From: Camelus dromedarius
Taxonomy: Eukaryota
Direction of reading: 5' to 3'
DNA length: 64,000 nucleotides
Assembly (NCBI RefSeq): GCF_036321535.1
Contig: NC_087436.1
Coordinates: forward strand, 46,688,001-46,752,000
Below the pieces are notes generated by a model, which did not search any database, was not told where the DNA came from, and worked only from the letters and a program-made list of their open reading frames with translations. Both the position numbers and the translations under genes were made by a program. Shown here piece by piece: positions 52,667-64,000 of this stretch; the stretch's first letter is position 1; each line of letters starts with the position of its first letter.

Positions 52667-53069
52667 AAGGATGGAAAAGTAATTTTGATGGATTTGGTTT
52701 ATTTCCCCAGCTCAGTTAGCTACTAAAATTTAATTATTAAAAAAAAAAAAAAAACCCAAACCTTTGGAAAGTCATTTTTTTCATCTTGAAAAAGGAGGAT
52801 TCAGTACTGCTGTCCATATGTCCATATACTGTCCGTATGTCTCATCATTGCCCATCCAGGCATGACCAAGCTGAACAGAGCACCCTGAAGCCAGGGTTTG
52901 GTGCCTGGGTAGTATCAGAAATGGAGAGAAAATTCCTACTTTCTGGCTTTTTTACCAGAGGGCATGGTCACTGTTTCCCCAGCTGGGACTCTGTCCAGCA
53001 GCTTGACTTGCACTGGTCCTTTAATTGTTAGCAAATTAAGATCCTTCACAGGGAAGTAAATTGGCTTGG

Positions 53070-53780
53070 CAAATATTCCAGTTCCTGCCATGTGGCAGGC
53101 ACTTTGTTAGTTTCTGGGCAAACCACGTACTAAAACAGACCTGCTTACATGGAGCCTACAGTCTAGTGGGCAACAGAGACATTAACCAATCACACAGACA
53201 CAGTAAATACTTACCTTGACAAAGTGATGTTTGAGCTGAGATCTGAAGGCTGGATAGGAATTAACTACGTGAAGAAGGGAGAGTTGAGGAAGAAGATTTC
53301 AGGCAGAGAGAACAGCAGGGTCCATGTATCCGAGCCAGGAGAGAACACGGATGGATACTCCTGGAATTGACAGTCGGAGTGGCCAGAGCCTGGGAAGTGA
53401 GGGGAGAGTGACTGAGGCTGGACAGGGAGGCAGAGTTCGATCACGTAAGGACTGATGGCAACATCATGCAAGGACTTCGTTGTATGTGCAACACAAAGCC
53501 TTTGGTAAGTGGATGTTAGGGTTAGGTTTATGTTTTCAGAAAGATCACTCTAGCTATTTCGTGGAAAATGAGTTGAAGGAGGGCAAGATCACAGGAAGGC
53601 TACTGCAGTAGCTCAGATGGGAGATTTCAATGACCTGGACCAAGGTTCTGATGTTGAAAATGCAGAAATCTGAGCCTGGAAGGAGATCAGATTGCCTGCA
53701 CGTAGTTGTGGATGGAGCACAGAGGGGAGGGAAAGGATGTTGTTAAGGTAACTTCCAGGTTTCAGGCTTGCAAAATGCTC
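53070..53780 (-). mobile_element. L2 fragment
   Basis: catggagcctacagtctagtggg; tttgagctgagatctgaagg; aaagatcactctagct. Confidence 0.7.
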
Positions 53781-54012
53781 ACAGGCTAGGTTTTACAAAC
53801 ATGGAGAGCACAGCTGGTAGTGTTTAGGAAGCATTATTATTACTGATGTGAGGTGGGAATCAGAACTTTTAGCATTGGGCAAACTCAGTTCAGGCTATTG
53901 GTCTTTGTGTCAGACCTCTCTGTCATTAAGTGAGCATTTCAAGAAGAGCTGGAAATGACCAACAGCATTGTAATGTGATATCTAGATAACATCACCAGGA
54001 CTAATAGATGCA

Positions 54013-54021
<9 letters not shown>

Positions 54022-54054
<33 letters not shown>
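54022..54054. repeat. (CA)n microsatellite
   Basis: Directly visible. Confidence 0.95.
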
Positions 54055-54058
<4 letters not shown>

Positions 54059-54971
54059 AAATTCTGGAAGAATATAAACATGTTACTGTTGTTATTTTTG
54101 AGGGGTGAGATGAGAGGGAGCACCATGTTCAAGGCTAGATGTTACTGAGTTTTCTGAAAATTTTTAAAGTAAGCCTAAACTGGTCTTCTAATTAGCAGAA
54201 CCCGTAAATCACCATCGTTACCAATAAAAAGCTTTTCGGCTAGGAAATTTAAAGCCTTTTGTGGAGCCTCAATAATCTCCCACCTCCATTAAATCTCTCT
54301 CCTGGAATCTAGAGAGCCTTTCCATTTTGGGACCTTCTAGCCCAAGAGAGCACAAATTTCTCTCACTGTAGCTCATTAGAGATGCTCAGAAAATCAACTT
54401 GAGGACTAGCTACAGAAGCCCTTTCAGCACCGTTTGATCTTTTCAGTAGCAAAAGTGTCATTTGTAGCACAATGGGTCCAGTTCTTACGTGAGTCTAAAA
54501 TAGAGCCCCTCCAAGATGCGTGTGAGACTCCCTGCACTCCAGCTAACTACCAGTCTTTCTCCCAATTGGTGTATCAGTTCTACCATATCCTTGGGGACAC
54601 CATTTCCACTTGCTTGGTAAATAATTAGCCTGCTGCCTTTGGCTATAGAAAGGATTATAAATATTTTAAGCACTGCAAGTGAGTGAAACCGGCTCTGTTT
54701 GATTTCACCTATGGCTGCAATGCTTTGGGTGAAAACTTACCTCTAAGAATGCAACACCTTGGGCAGATAAATGTTCTAGGTGTGAGAAGAATAAGGTGTT
54801 GTTTAGGCTGCTTTGGTCAGTGGGCATTCAGAAACAGGTTCTAATAAACCAGCTGTTTTGAACCTTTCCAATTTTAGCTCACGCCAGTCAATTTTTCTCC
54901 TAATGAGAGAAATAAATGACCCATTTCTCACAAACATTTTTATGCCTATAGGAGTTTTGAAAAATAGGCTT

Positions 54972-55945
54972 TAGAGGGGTTAATATCCAAAATATATAAA
55001 GAACTAATGCAACTCAATAGCAAACAGTTTGATTAAAAGATGGTCAGAGGATCTGAATAGACACTGTTCTAAAGAAGACATACAGATGGCCAACATGTAC
55101 ATTAAAAGGTGCTCAGTGCCACTAATCATTGGGAAAATGCAAATCAAAACCACAGTGAGATAGCTGCTAGAATGGCTATTATCAAAAAGACAACAAATAA
55201 CAATTATTGGTGAAGCTGTGGATAAAAGAGAACCCTTGTGCACTGTTGGTGGGAATATCAATTGGTGCAGCCACTGTGGAAAACAGTATGGAGTTTCCTT
55301 TAAAAATTAAAAATAGAACTACCATTTGATCCAGCAGTTCCACTCTGGGTATGTATCCAAAGGAAGCAAAAGCATTAATTTGAAAAGATATCTGGACTTC
55401 CACACTCATTGCAGCATTATTTACAATAGCCAAGCCATGGAAAAGGCCTTAGTGTCCACTGATGGATGAATGGATAAAGAAAATGTGACATGTATATATG
55501 TGTGTATCTGTGTGTGTATATACACACAATAGTATATCATTCAGCCGTAAAAGAAGGAAGGTCCTGCCATTTGCTACAGCATGGATGGACCTTGAAGGCT
55601 GAGTGAAATGTCAGACAAAGACAAATACCAATACGATCTCATTTATATGTGGAATCTAAACAAAATGAAAACAAACTCATAGATACAGAAAACAGATTGG
55701 TGGTTGCTAGCGGCGGGCAGTGGGTGAAGGTGGTCAAAAGATACAACATCAGTTATAAAATAAATAAGTTCTGAGGATACAGTTAACCCACTAATCACAC
55801 TGTATTGCCTATTTGAAAGTTGCCAAGAGAGTAGATCTTAAAACTTCTCATCACAGGAAAAAAATTGTGACTATGTAGTGACAGTTGTTAATTAGACTTT
55901 TTGTGGTTATCATTTTGAAATATATACATATATTGAATCAAAAAA
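54972..55945 (+). mobile_element. L1MA-type 3' end (ORF2 C-terminus plus 3'UTR)
   Basis: aaagaagacatacagatggccaac; gcaaatcaaaaccacagtgagata; cattgcagcattatttacaatagccaag; ttgaaagttgccaagagagtagatctt. Confidence 0.9.
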
Positions 55946-55947
55946 TA

Positions 55948-56310
55948 ATTAATTTTTAGAGCAGTTTTAGGTTCACAGAAAAATTGAGTGAAAAGTACAG
56001 TTCCCAAAACCTCCTGCTTCCACACACCCCGCACCAGAATGGTATATTTGTTACTCTCAGTGAATCTACATTGACCTGTCATTATCACCCAAAGTCCATG
56101 CTGTACATTAGGGTTTGCTCTTGGTGTCATACATTCTATAGGTTTGGACAAATGTATACTAACATGTAGGCATCATTATAGCAGTAGACAGAGTATTTTC
56201 ACTGCCCTAAAAATCCTCTGTGCACCACCTGTTGTTCCCCAACTACCCTAACCCCTGGCAACCACTGATCTCCATAGTTTTGCCTTTTCCAGCTGTCATC
56301 TAGTTGGAAT
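55948..56310 (-). mobile_element. L1MB/MC 3'UTR fragment
   Basis: ttagagcagttttaggttcacagaaaaattgag; cattatcacccaaagtccat; aacccctggcaaccactgatc. Confidence 0.8.
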
Positions 56311-57297
56311 TCTTATAGAAATTTAAAAATTGTTCTTCTCACAGTTATAAGAATATAGAAGCTCCCATAAATATCATTGGTTGTAATCTTTACAGTGAAT
56401 TTTTTGTGGTTGCTATGGAAACTCAATGCCTTACCTGGACCACATCTTTATCTAGCTGGTGGTACAGGGACAACCCAATGAGAACCACTGTCTTACTGGC
56501 AGGCAGGATTCAGGAGGAGAGGGCTGATGCATTGGGGTGGTTCTTCCAGTGCCTTGCAGAGTACATGTTCTCAACAATTCAGTATGACTTCTGATGAAAA
56601 TAGTAGCACGTGCCTGTTGATTCACAAAGTAAAACAGTACAATGGAGTACAAAGTAGATGTTGTCTCTGCTTTTATGCCCAACTGGTAACCACTGTTATC
56701 CTTAGGTACTCCAGGTGGGCTCATATTATGCTTAGTATTAGACAACATGCTGACTTTATTAAAAACAGTATATTATGGGGAAATTTCCCCATGATATCAA
56801 TTCATAAAGGTATCTTTTTAGAGGTAGACAAAAGTTTATTCAACCAGTTCTCTATTGATGGCTACCTGGATTATTTGTAATTATTTGCTGTGAAATGCCA
56901 GCGGTGAAGACGTACATGTCTCTTTGCATATCTGTTTGATTATTTCCTTAGGATAAACTCCTAGAAGTTAAATTGCTGGGTCAAAAGGCAAACATGTTTA
57001 AAATTTTGATACATGTTGCCAAATTATATACTCACTGAAAGCAATGAGAGAATACACTTTTCTACATCCAAATCAAGAGAAAGAATATTAATCTTTCATC
57101 TTTACCCATTTGTTAGGTAAAATAGTTTTAATTTTTATTTCTTCATTAATATATTAATGAAGTTGAATTTTTATTTCAGTGCTGGTTACATAGGTATATT
57201 TAGTTTATGAAAATTCAATAAGCAGTATATTTATGATATGTGCACTTTTGGGGGTTAAGTATTATATCTTGGCCTTTTTTGTTGGGGAGGATTTCTT

Positions 57298-57780
57298 GTG
57301 TATCAGTTAGGCTACTTATGGCTGCAAGTAACAGAAAAGCCCAAGTCATATATATGTATTCTCTTAAATAAGAAGAATTCTGTAGCTAGCATGGTACAGG
57401 TTGATTAATTCAGCACATCAGTGCATCTCAGTCCTCCTCAGAGCTTTGGCTTAGTTCTCCTCATGGATGTAAGATGGCTGCAACAACTCCAGGACTCACA
57501 TGCAAATGCCGCAATATCCAGTGGGAGCAGAGGAACTGTTTCTCCCTAACTACCTTTATCATTAAGGAAAATCGTTCTCAGATACCTCTCTCCTTCCCAA
57601 AGGCTTGCTCTCAGATCTAATTTGTCAAAATTCCATTGTGTGTCCACACCTCAGTCAGTCACTGGCAAGAGGAATGAGTACACTGACTGATCTGAAGGAA
57701 TAATGACTCACCCCAGTGGCTGGGGCTGAGGCCCACCCCCTGTAGTTCATGGTTGGGGGAGGAAATCAGCAGTGTTTGCT
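57298..57780 (-). mobile_element. MLT1 (K/L-like) LTR
   Basis: tgtatcagttagg..ggctgcaagtaacagaaa; aagatggctgc..ctccagg..tcaca. Confidence 0.65.
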
Positions 57781-58099
57781 AGAGATTGAGGATGTTTAGA
57801 GGAACAATGGGAGATCAGATGGGACAGGCAGGTAGGATGGGATTGGGATAGATCTGGGTTGACAGGATGGATTTGAGGGGTGATAACCACAGAGCAAGAG
57901 TGCTGTTAGAAAGTCACTTCATAGTCTACATACGAAATGGTAAAAGTTGATATATACTGAGGCCCCACTCTGTGTCAGATAACGTACTAAGTGCTTGGGG
58001 ATACAGTGAAGACAAAAGTAGACTTTATGGACATCACAGTCCAACAACTTAACTCAAGGAGGTTATGAATTCCATTGCATTAATAAGCATAATAATAAT

Positions 58100-58340
58100 G
58101 ATGGCTAATAGTTACTGAGAGCTTACAGCAGCTGGGCATTGTTTTCAGTACTTCACATATATTAACTCATTCAGTCCTCACAATAACTTCAGGAATTAGG
58201 TACTATTATCATCCCTATTTTAAAGGTGAGGAGACTGAAGCACAGGGAGGTGAAGTAGCTTGCCCTAGGTCAGTAAACAGAGAAGACAAGAAGAGAGCCA
58301 AGACAGTGGGACTTCAGAGTCCATGCTTTTAACCGTTCAC
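58100..58340 (-). mobile_element. MIR SINE
   Basis: actcattcagtcctcacaataac..ggtactattatcatccctattttaaaggtgaggagactgaagcaca. Confidence 0.8.
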
Positions 58341-60479
58341 TCTGCTTCCCCTAGAACCCACACATCAGGAGATGGAAGACAGTACTGTGAATGTGGGCTG
58401 GAGTGCAAGCAGTTGGAACAGAAGAGGGAGTAGCTATGATTATATGCAATATCTGATCATTATTGAGTGCTTACCATCTGATAGGAGCTGTGTTAAGTGC
58501 TCATGATACACGATGTCACTGAGTTCTCACAACTCTGTAAGATGGACATTCTATTCCACAAGTAAGGAAACTGGAGCTTCGAGATGTTGAATCATTTGCC
58601 AAAGTTTAATATCGTATTTGAGCCTCCAAAGCCTATGGAATTAGTTAATTTTACTATATTCATATTTAAGATTTCTTCTTAAAAAGAAAAACAGGGAATT
58701 CAGGGAAAAAACATGATAGGATGTAAAAGTGTCCTAGTATCTATCCCTTTTTTATTGAATAACTTAAAAAAATCAAATTGTAAGTGCACTTTTGTACTTT
58801 GGCTGACCTGAATTTGCCTTCACGTAGACCGTGGTCTGATTGGACGTGATACTTTAGGATACTTGGATTTTTTTTTTTCCTCAAAGGAACCTAAATCCAG
58901 AATACAGAAAGTTTTTCCAAACATTTTTTTTCATGAGAAATGTCATGTATATGAAAATGACATTTTTCATTAAATGATTCAACATCTCGAAGCCCCAGTT
59001 TCCTTACTTTTATTATACATTTATAGCCTTTCAGTGATACTCTGTATATAATAAGCACCTTGTATTTACCAATTTGTTTTAGATGAATGCAAATTAGTTT
59101 TAATCTGTGTAACCAACCCGCCAAACCGCTACTGGCTGTTCTCACAAACCAGGAGCTCCACGCCACTCCACTCCACCCTCACTCAGCGGCGCTGCCCTGC
59201 AGAGTTAGGGAGCAGCAGTGACCTGGAGGATTTTCTCCTTTTCTTCTGTTTTCAGGAGAGTCCCTCAAGCCTTTGTCCAGATGTTAATGTGGCGCATGTG
59301 GTGTGGAGTCTTGACTCTTCAAATCTTCTTTTCTTTAGTAGAATGACTGGGTGGGGCAAAGGAAATTGTTAAGGAGTATTATGGTTTCTTTCTCTTCTAA
59401 GCTGAGTTGAATCCAGCCAACATCGTCAGTGACCAAAGTCATTGCCATCTGTCAGTGGTGGGTGGCCCAAACTAGTGGTCTCTTTAGCTCCCAATGGACA
59501 GGTAACTTGGATCTGAAAAACCAACACATCACATCTGGAACTTATTGGCAGACTCCAAAGAGAATCCAAAAATGGAACCAGTCACAGAGATAGAATGCCC
59601 TGCTTTTTCTTGGAGCTGGTATCTGCTGGGTTCAGGCTTGTGGCATATGGGTAGGGCAACTCAAGAAAAGTTTTCCGATGGTATAGGCCAACTGAACATA
59701 CTTTTCTGAAGCACAACCTCCTACCAAAAATGGAAAGTAAAAAAAAAAAAAAAAAAAAAAAGCCCCAAACCAAACACACCCAAACCAACTCCCTCCTCTG
59801 GTGTGCCACATAAAATAAAATTGCCTGTCATGAAGATATTTGAATTTAAATTGTTGGCCAGTTCTAAGGAAAAGGTAGGGGTAGCTTCTTGAAACATAAC
59901 CAGCATTCTAACAAAGTAGCCAGGACTAACACTATAATTAGTAGACACACATGGTACAACTTCTTGCTTCCTCTTCCTTAGATATATAGAGATTACCGGG
60001 GGAATAAGAATGACAGGATGGGGAAAAAATAGAAAACACTTAAGGAAATAACTTTATAAATAGTCAGAATATAGTATAGTTTTACACCAGAATGATAAAA
60101 ATAAATTCATATCCCTTTAAATATTATTTTGCAAAGTTTTATATACCTATAAGTACCTGAAGTTTAATTCATAACTTTGCTAGGATTTACATAACATTGT
60201 CCCTCAGAAGTGCTCCAGCTAGCAATATGTGCTCAATTTCAAATATAAACCATGGCTGCTTTTATAATAATATTATAGAAATAAAGAAACTGGGTGAGCA
60301 AAGGAAATGGGGAAACTGTGTTTAAAAAATACTCTGATGTATCCCTGGAGAGGCTGAACAGGCAGACACTTAAAGGAATATTTGTCCTGCAGTCAGCCAG
60401 GGGCTTACATACATACATTTTTCTCTGAAGCTTTAAGCATAGAGTCGGGGGAGTGTGGGGTGGGGGAAACATTTATGAG

Positions 60480-60680
60480 CTCCAGCATTAGGCAGCCCTG
60501 GACTTACATCCTGGCTCTGCAACTTACTGGCTGTGTAGCTATGGGCAAGTTACTTCAACTCACTGAGCTTTAGTTTCTTCAGCTATGAAATGAGAGTTGT
60601 TAACACCTTTCTGGCAAGCGATTGTGAGGTGTTATAAGATAATGGTATTAAAGCGCATGGGGACTGGCAGGTGCTTAGCC
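60480..60680 (+). mobile_element. MIR SINE
   Basis: atcctggctctgcaacttactggctgtgtagctatgggcaagttactt..ctgagctttagtttcttcagct. Confidence 0.75.
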
Positions 60681-63600
60681 AATGTTTTTCATTTCCCCTC
60701 CTTTCTCTGTTGGTGTAGGGGTCAGTGTTACCTGTGGGTTTCTTGAAGACGACAGTGGCTTTGGCAGAATGAAATCTCATCTCTTCTGCCTTGCATTCCT
60801 TTTCCTCTCTTTTCTCTCCTTTTTTTTTTTTCTCCCCTTCTAATGATAGTATGATTACTACATAGTTCTCATGAAAGAGCATATCCTTTTTCAATGTTTC
60901 TTTTCTCTAGCCCAAGAGTAGTGCCTAAAGTGTACACACCTTTGGTAAAGAAACATTTTCCTAATTGTTAGAAGAAATTCATAAGCCACAGGGCTTGTTT
61001 CTCCCTCTCTATTTGAGTACAAAAGAGAAAAGAACAGTAAGGAAGCTTGCCCTGAGGTTATTTAAGGACAGTTAGGAATTGTGCTTCTCTGTCCCTAAGC
61101 CTAGATCCCAGTCTATCCCAGAGTGATTGCGATTCATTCCAAATCTGCCTCCGAACTACGAATTTGCACTGGGCTAACTCATTTCCTTCCACGTTGCTTT
61201 AACATCGTTCCATCATGAACTTCTGAGTGTGTATGAATTTTTCGAGGCATGTATGGATCTACGTGTTTTATACCAGAGTCAGCTACACATCTGGGCATTC
61301 AGGAAGCAGTTGATAAATTCTGAATGAGCAAGTGAATGAATTAATGAATGAACACCTTTAGAATATTTAGAGTATTTCTTCACTTTTTGAAACCTATGCT
61401 ATCTTTTGATCAGTACCTCCCAGCCCCCAAATGTGGATGCCCTTCAAAGGTGTCCTGCCGCAAAGACAATGAATGGTTTTCTGCATATCCCACCAGGTTG
61501 AACTTTGTTGAGCATCATTTTTCCTATTCCCCAGTCCCCCTGCACAATTATACATTAAAAAAATACTGTTGGGCATACTCCCTACTGCTCAAGGTTTTGA
61601 TATTTACTCCGTGTCCCCAAAGGTATCTGCACACTGTAGATCAGAGGCGCCAGAAAGGCAGGGACATGCCTATTCAAATATCTGCCATGCGTAAGATATG
61701 TTAGTTGCTAAATAAGTGCTTTTGATAATGACACGAAGGACAGCTTTGGAGAAGCTCTAGTGCTTTACCATCACCGATAATACGTAGCAGTTTAAAATTT
61801 GATTCAAACACAGACCTCCCAAGAGGGTCCCAGTAGTCCAGTCTGAGGTGGAATGCATGGTATTCTTCAACCTCTCTTCCTTAAAATCTGTCCAGCTTAT
61901 GCCCTTTCATGTGCTTTTGAAGTAGAAAAGAATCGTCCTCCACTAAAACTTTCCCGGACTCAGGCATTTAATATTAGTAACGAAGACTGAATGGCTGGAG
62001 TTTTAATTTTTTTTTAATACTTTCAACTTGAACTATAGGAGTCTAGGAGCTGAACATTTTGGTCCATGGCAGCTAGAGGTCTGCCTATACTTTTTGTTTG
62101 CATGATTATAAATTGACAAACAAGGAAAGTGGCATGTAATTTTATAGCAACCAAACACACAGTTTTCCCCTTTCCTTTGGGATGAAAATTCCTTCCTGTA
62201 GAAACTAAGGTTATGCCCCTACTTGTGAAGCCCAAGGAGGGACACTTTGATGTGAAAGAGGATCCTGGTAGAGTAACGGATACAGAAACCAGTGTGGGAA
62301 TAGGAGGAGCCTCCAGAGACAGGAAAAGGCATTGTCCCGAGGAGGGGTTATTTCATCCCTCTCTGTCGTCATTCGGGCTGTCTGGTTTATTTCCTCCCCC
62401 AGGTTGGTGTGAGTTGGAAGGAGAGCCCTTTGTTAATGAGGTCAAGAACAAGACTGCCCATTTTGTGAGGTGGTCAGGGCTGAACTTTCAGATTTTTGAT
62501 TTTATGAAAAGTGACCAAGAACAAAATTAATTTGGGTTTTGCCTAAGCAATCCCAGAGCAACTGGCTAGGAAGTAAAAACTCCAAACAAATGGTGTGGCT
62601 AAACAACATCAAACAACTTGTTGGATTGATTTTCCTAGGAAATGCTTCCATTGGCCCACAGTTTAGGCATTATGTAGGTATAAGACTGAAATTTTGCCCA
62701 CAGCTGGGTCCCCTGAAACCAAAAATTTGCTAAAATAAAAGAATTTTATTTGAAGAGTTGCATATCACAAACAAATAGCTGCTGCTCAGAAGCACTGATA
62801 AACACAAATCTCAGAGCTGGGAACTTCTGTGAAGTCATTTTCTAGGATGACATTAGCACTGCCCTGTATATGGGTCCCATCTTTCTCAGGGGCTTTCTCA
62901 GCACACACCAGGCTGGACCCCAGCAGAATGTTCAGCCAGACCCTCATCATCTGGGAGCAGGAGGGGAAAGAGCGTCCAAGGCCAGTTCCATCTGGCACAG
63001 GCATGGGGCTTCTGGCCACACTGGTTTCACTGTGCTTAGCACTGAACCTTTTCAGGGTGCTTGGGAGTGCTTTGTATTAGTTTTCACTCCAGTCCATGGT
63101 GGAGAGCAACTTTAATATTAGATTTCCCATTTTAGAGACCAATGAGCTGATGATCAGGAGGCTTAAGGGACCTACATATCATCACCCAGAAAATGAGCAT
63201 CACAGCCAGGATTAGTCTCGGGCACGGAGATGCCCGAGACTCTAATGGCTGTATGGTCAGCAGACAGCATCGGCCTCTGTGCTCAGAACTGAAGGGAATC
63301 AATCTTCATCTCTAGGACATTGTAGGAACCTCTCTCCTCCCAGGGCCCGGTGAAGCCCCAGCTGGCCATACCTCAGGAAGTGAACTTGATATGAACTGCT
63401 AGAGGTGGTGTCTGGCTGAGGTGGACTCAGTCCAGCTCTTTGTTCTAGGTCACGCTCAAAGCACCATGAGGGTTTGAGATGAGCAGGATTTTGTTCTAAT
63501 CTGGAATATTAGCACATAAAAACAAAAGTAAAGCACCTTAGGGAACATAAGCTGAGTAATAAGCCAACGCTGATCTTATAAGGCCATTCAATTTGATATG

Positions 63601-63700
63601 GCAGAAGTATGAGACACCCTCCATGTGAAAGGCACAAACATGAATAAAAATAGTCCTGACTCTCCAGGAGGTCAGCTTTCTGAGGCAGACAAATAGGTAT

Positions 63701-64000
63701 CAGGCTCACCTCAGAGATATTGGGGGTTCAGTTCCAGACCACTGCAATAAAGCGAATATCTAGAAAGTGAGTCACACAAATTTTTTGGTTTCCCAGTACA
63801 TATAAAAGTTATGTTTATACTATACTGTGGTCTGTTAAGTGTGCAGTAGCCTCATGTCTGAAAAACAATTAAAATTGTTTTAATTAAGGTGTTTTAAAGC
63901 TCCTTAATTAAAAGATGCTTTACTGCTAAAATATGCTAACCGTTATCTGAGCCTTCAGAGAGTTGTTATATGTTTGATGGTGGAGGGTATTGCCTCATGG
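63701..64000 (+). mobile_element. Tigger1 5' end (continues beyond the window)
   Basis: caggctcacctcagagatattgggggttcagttccagaccactgcaataaagcgaatatc..gagtcacacaaattttttggtttcccagt matches the Tigger1 start as recalled. Confidence 0.85.

Overview
Mammalian genomic DNA, probably camelid given three tRNA-Ala-derived Vic-1-like SINEs. The only supportable protein-coding gene is a complete, intact RPL34 (eL34) on the minus strand. It has a non-coding 5'TOP exon 1 (~20339-20368) and four coding exons (65+100+104+85 = 354 nt, 117 aa), a very short 3'UTR and a CpG-island promoter. The promoter looks bidirectional: a + strand ATG and splice donor lie about 90-100 bp upstream of the RPL34 start, where human has the divergent lncRNA RPL34-DT. 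The rest is intergenic and repeat-rich: a decayed ERV-L provirus (pro-RT-RNaseH-IN-dUTPase plus a partial LTR), L1/L2/MIR fragments, MaLR and MLT2 LTRs, and Tigger and hAT DNA transposons. The most notable unexplained structures are retrotransposition products: a ~510-bp polyadenylated, TSD-flanked retrocopy of an unidentified RNA inside an L1, a Vic-1 SINE/L1-3' chimera under one TSD, a two-tailed SINE insertion, and a 22-nt tailed micro-insertion. I found no evidence of a new multi-gene system. Repeat family names are from recall of consensus sequences and repeat boundaries are approximate.
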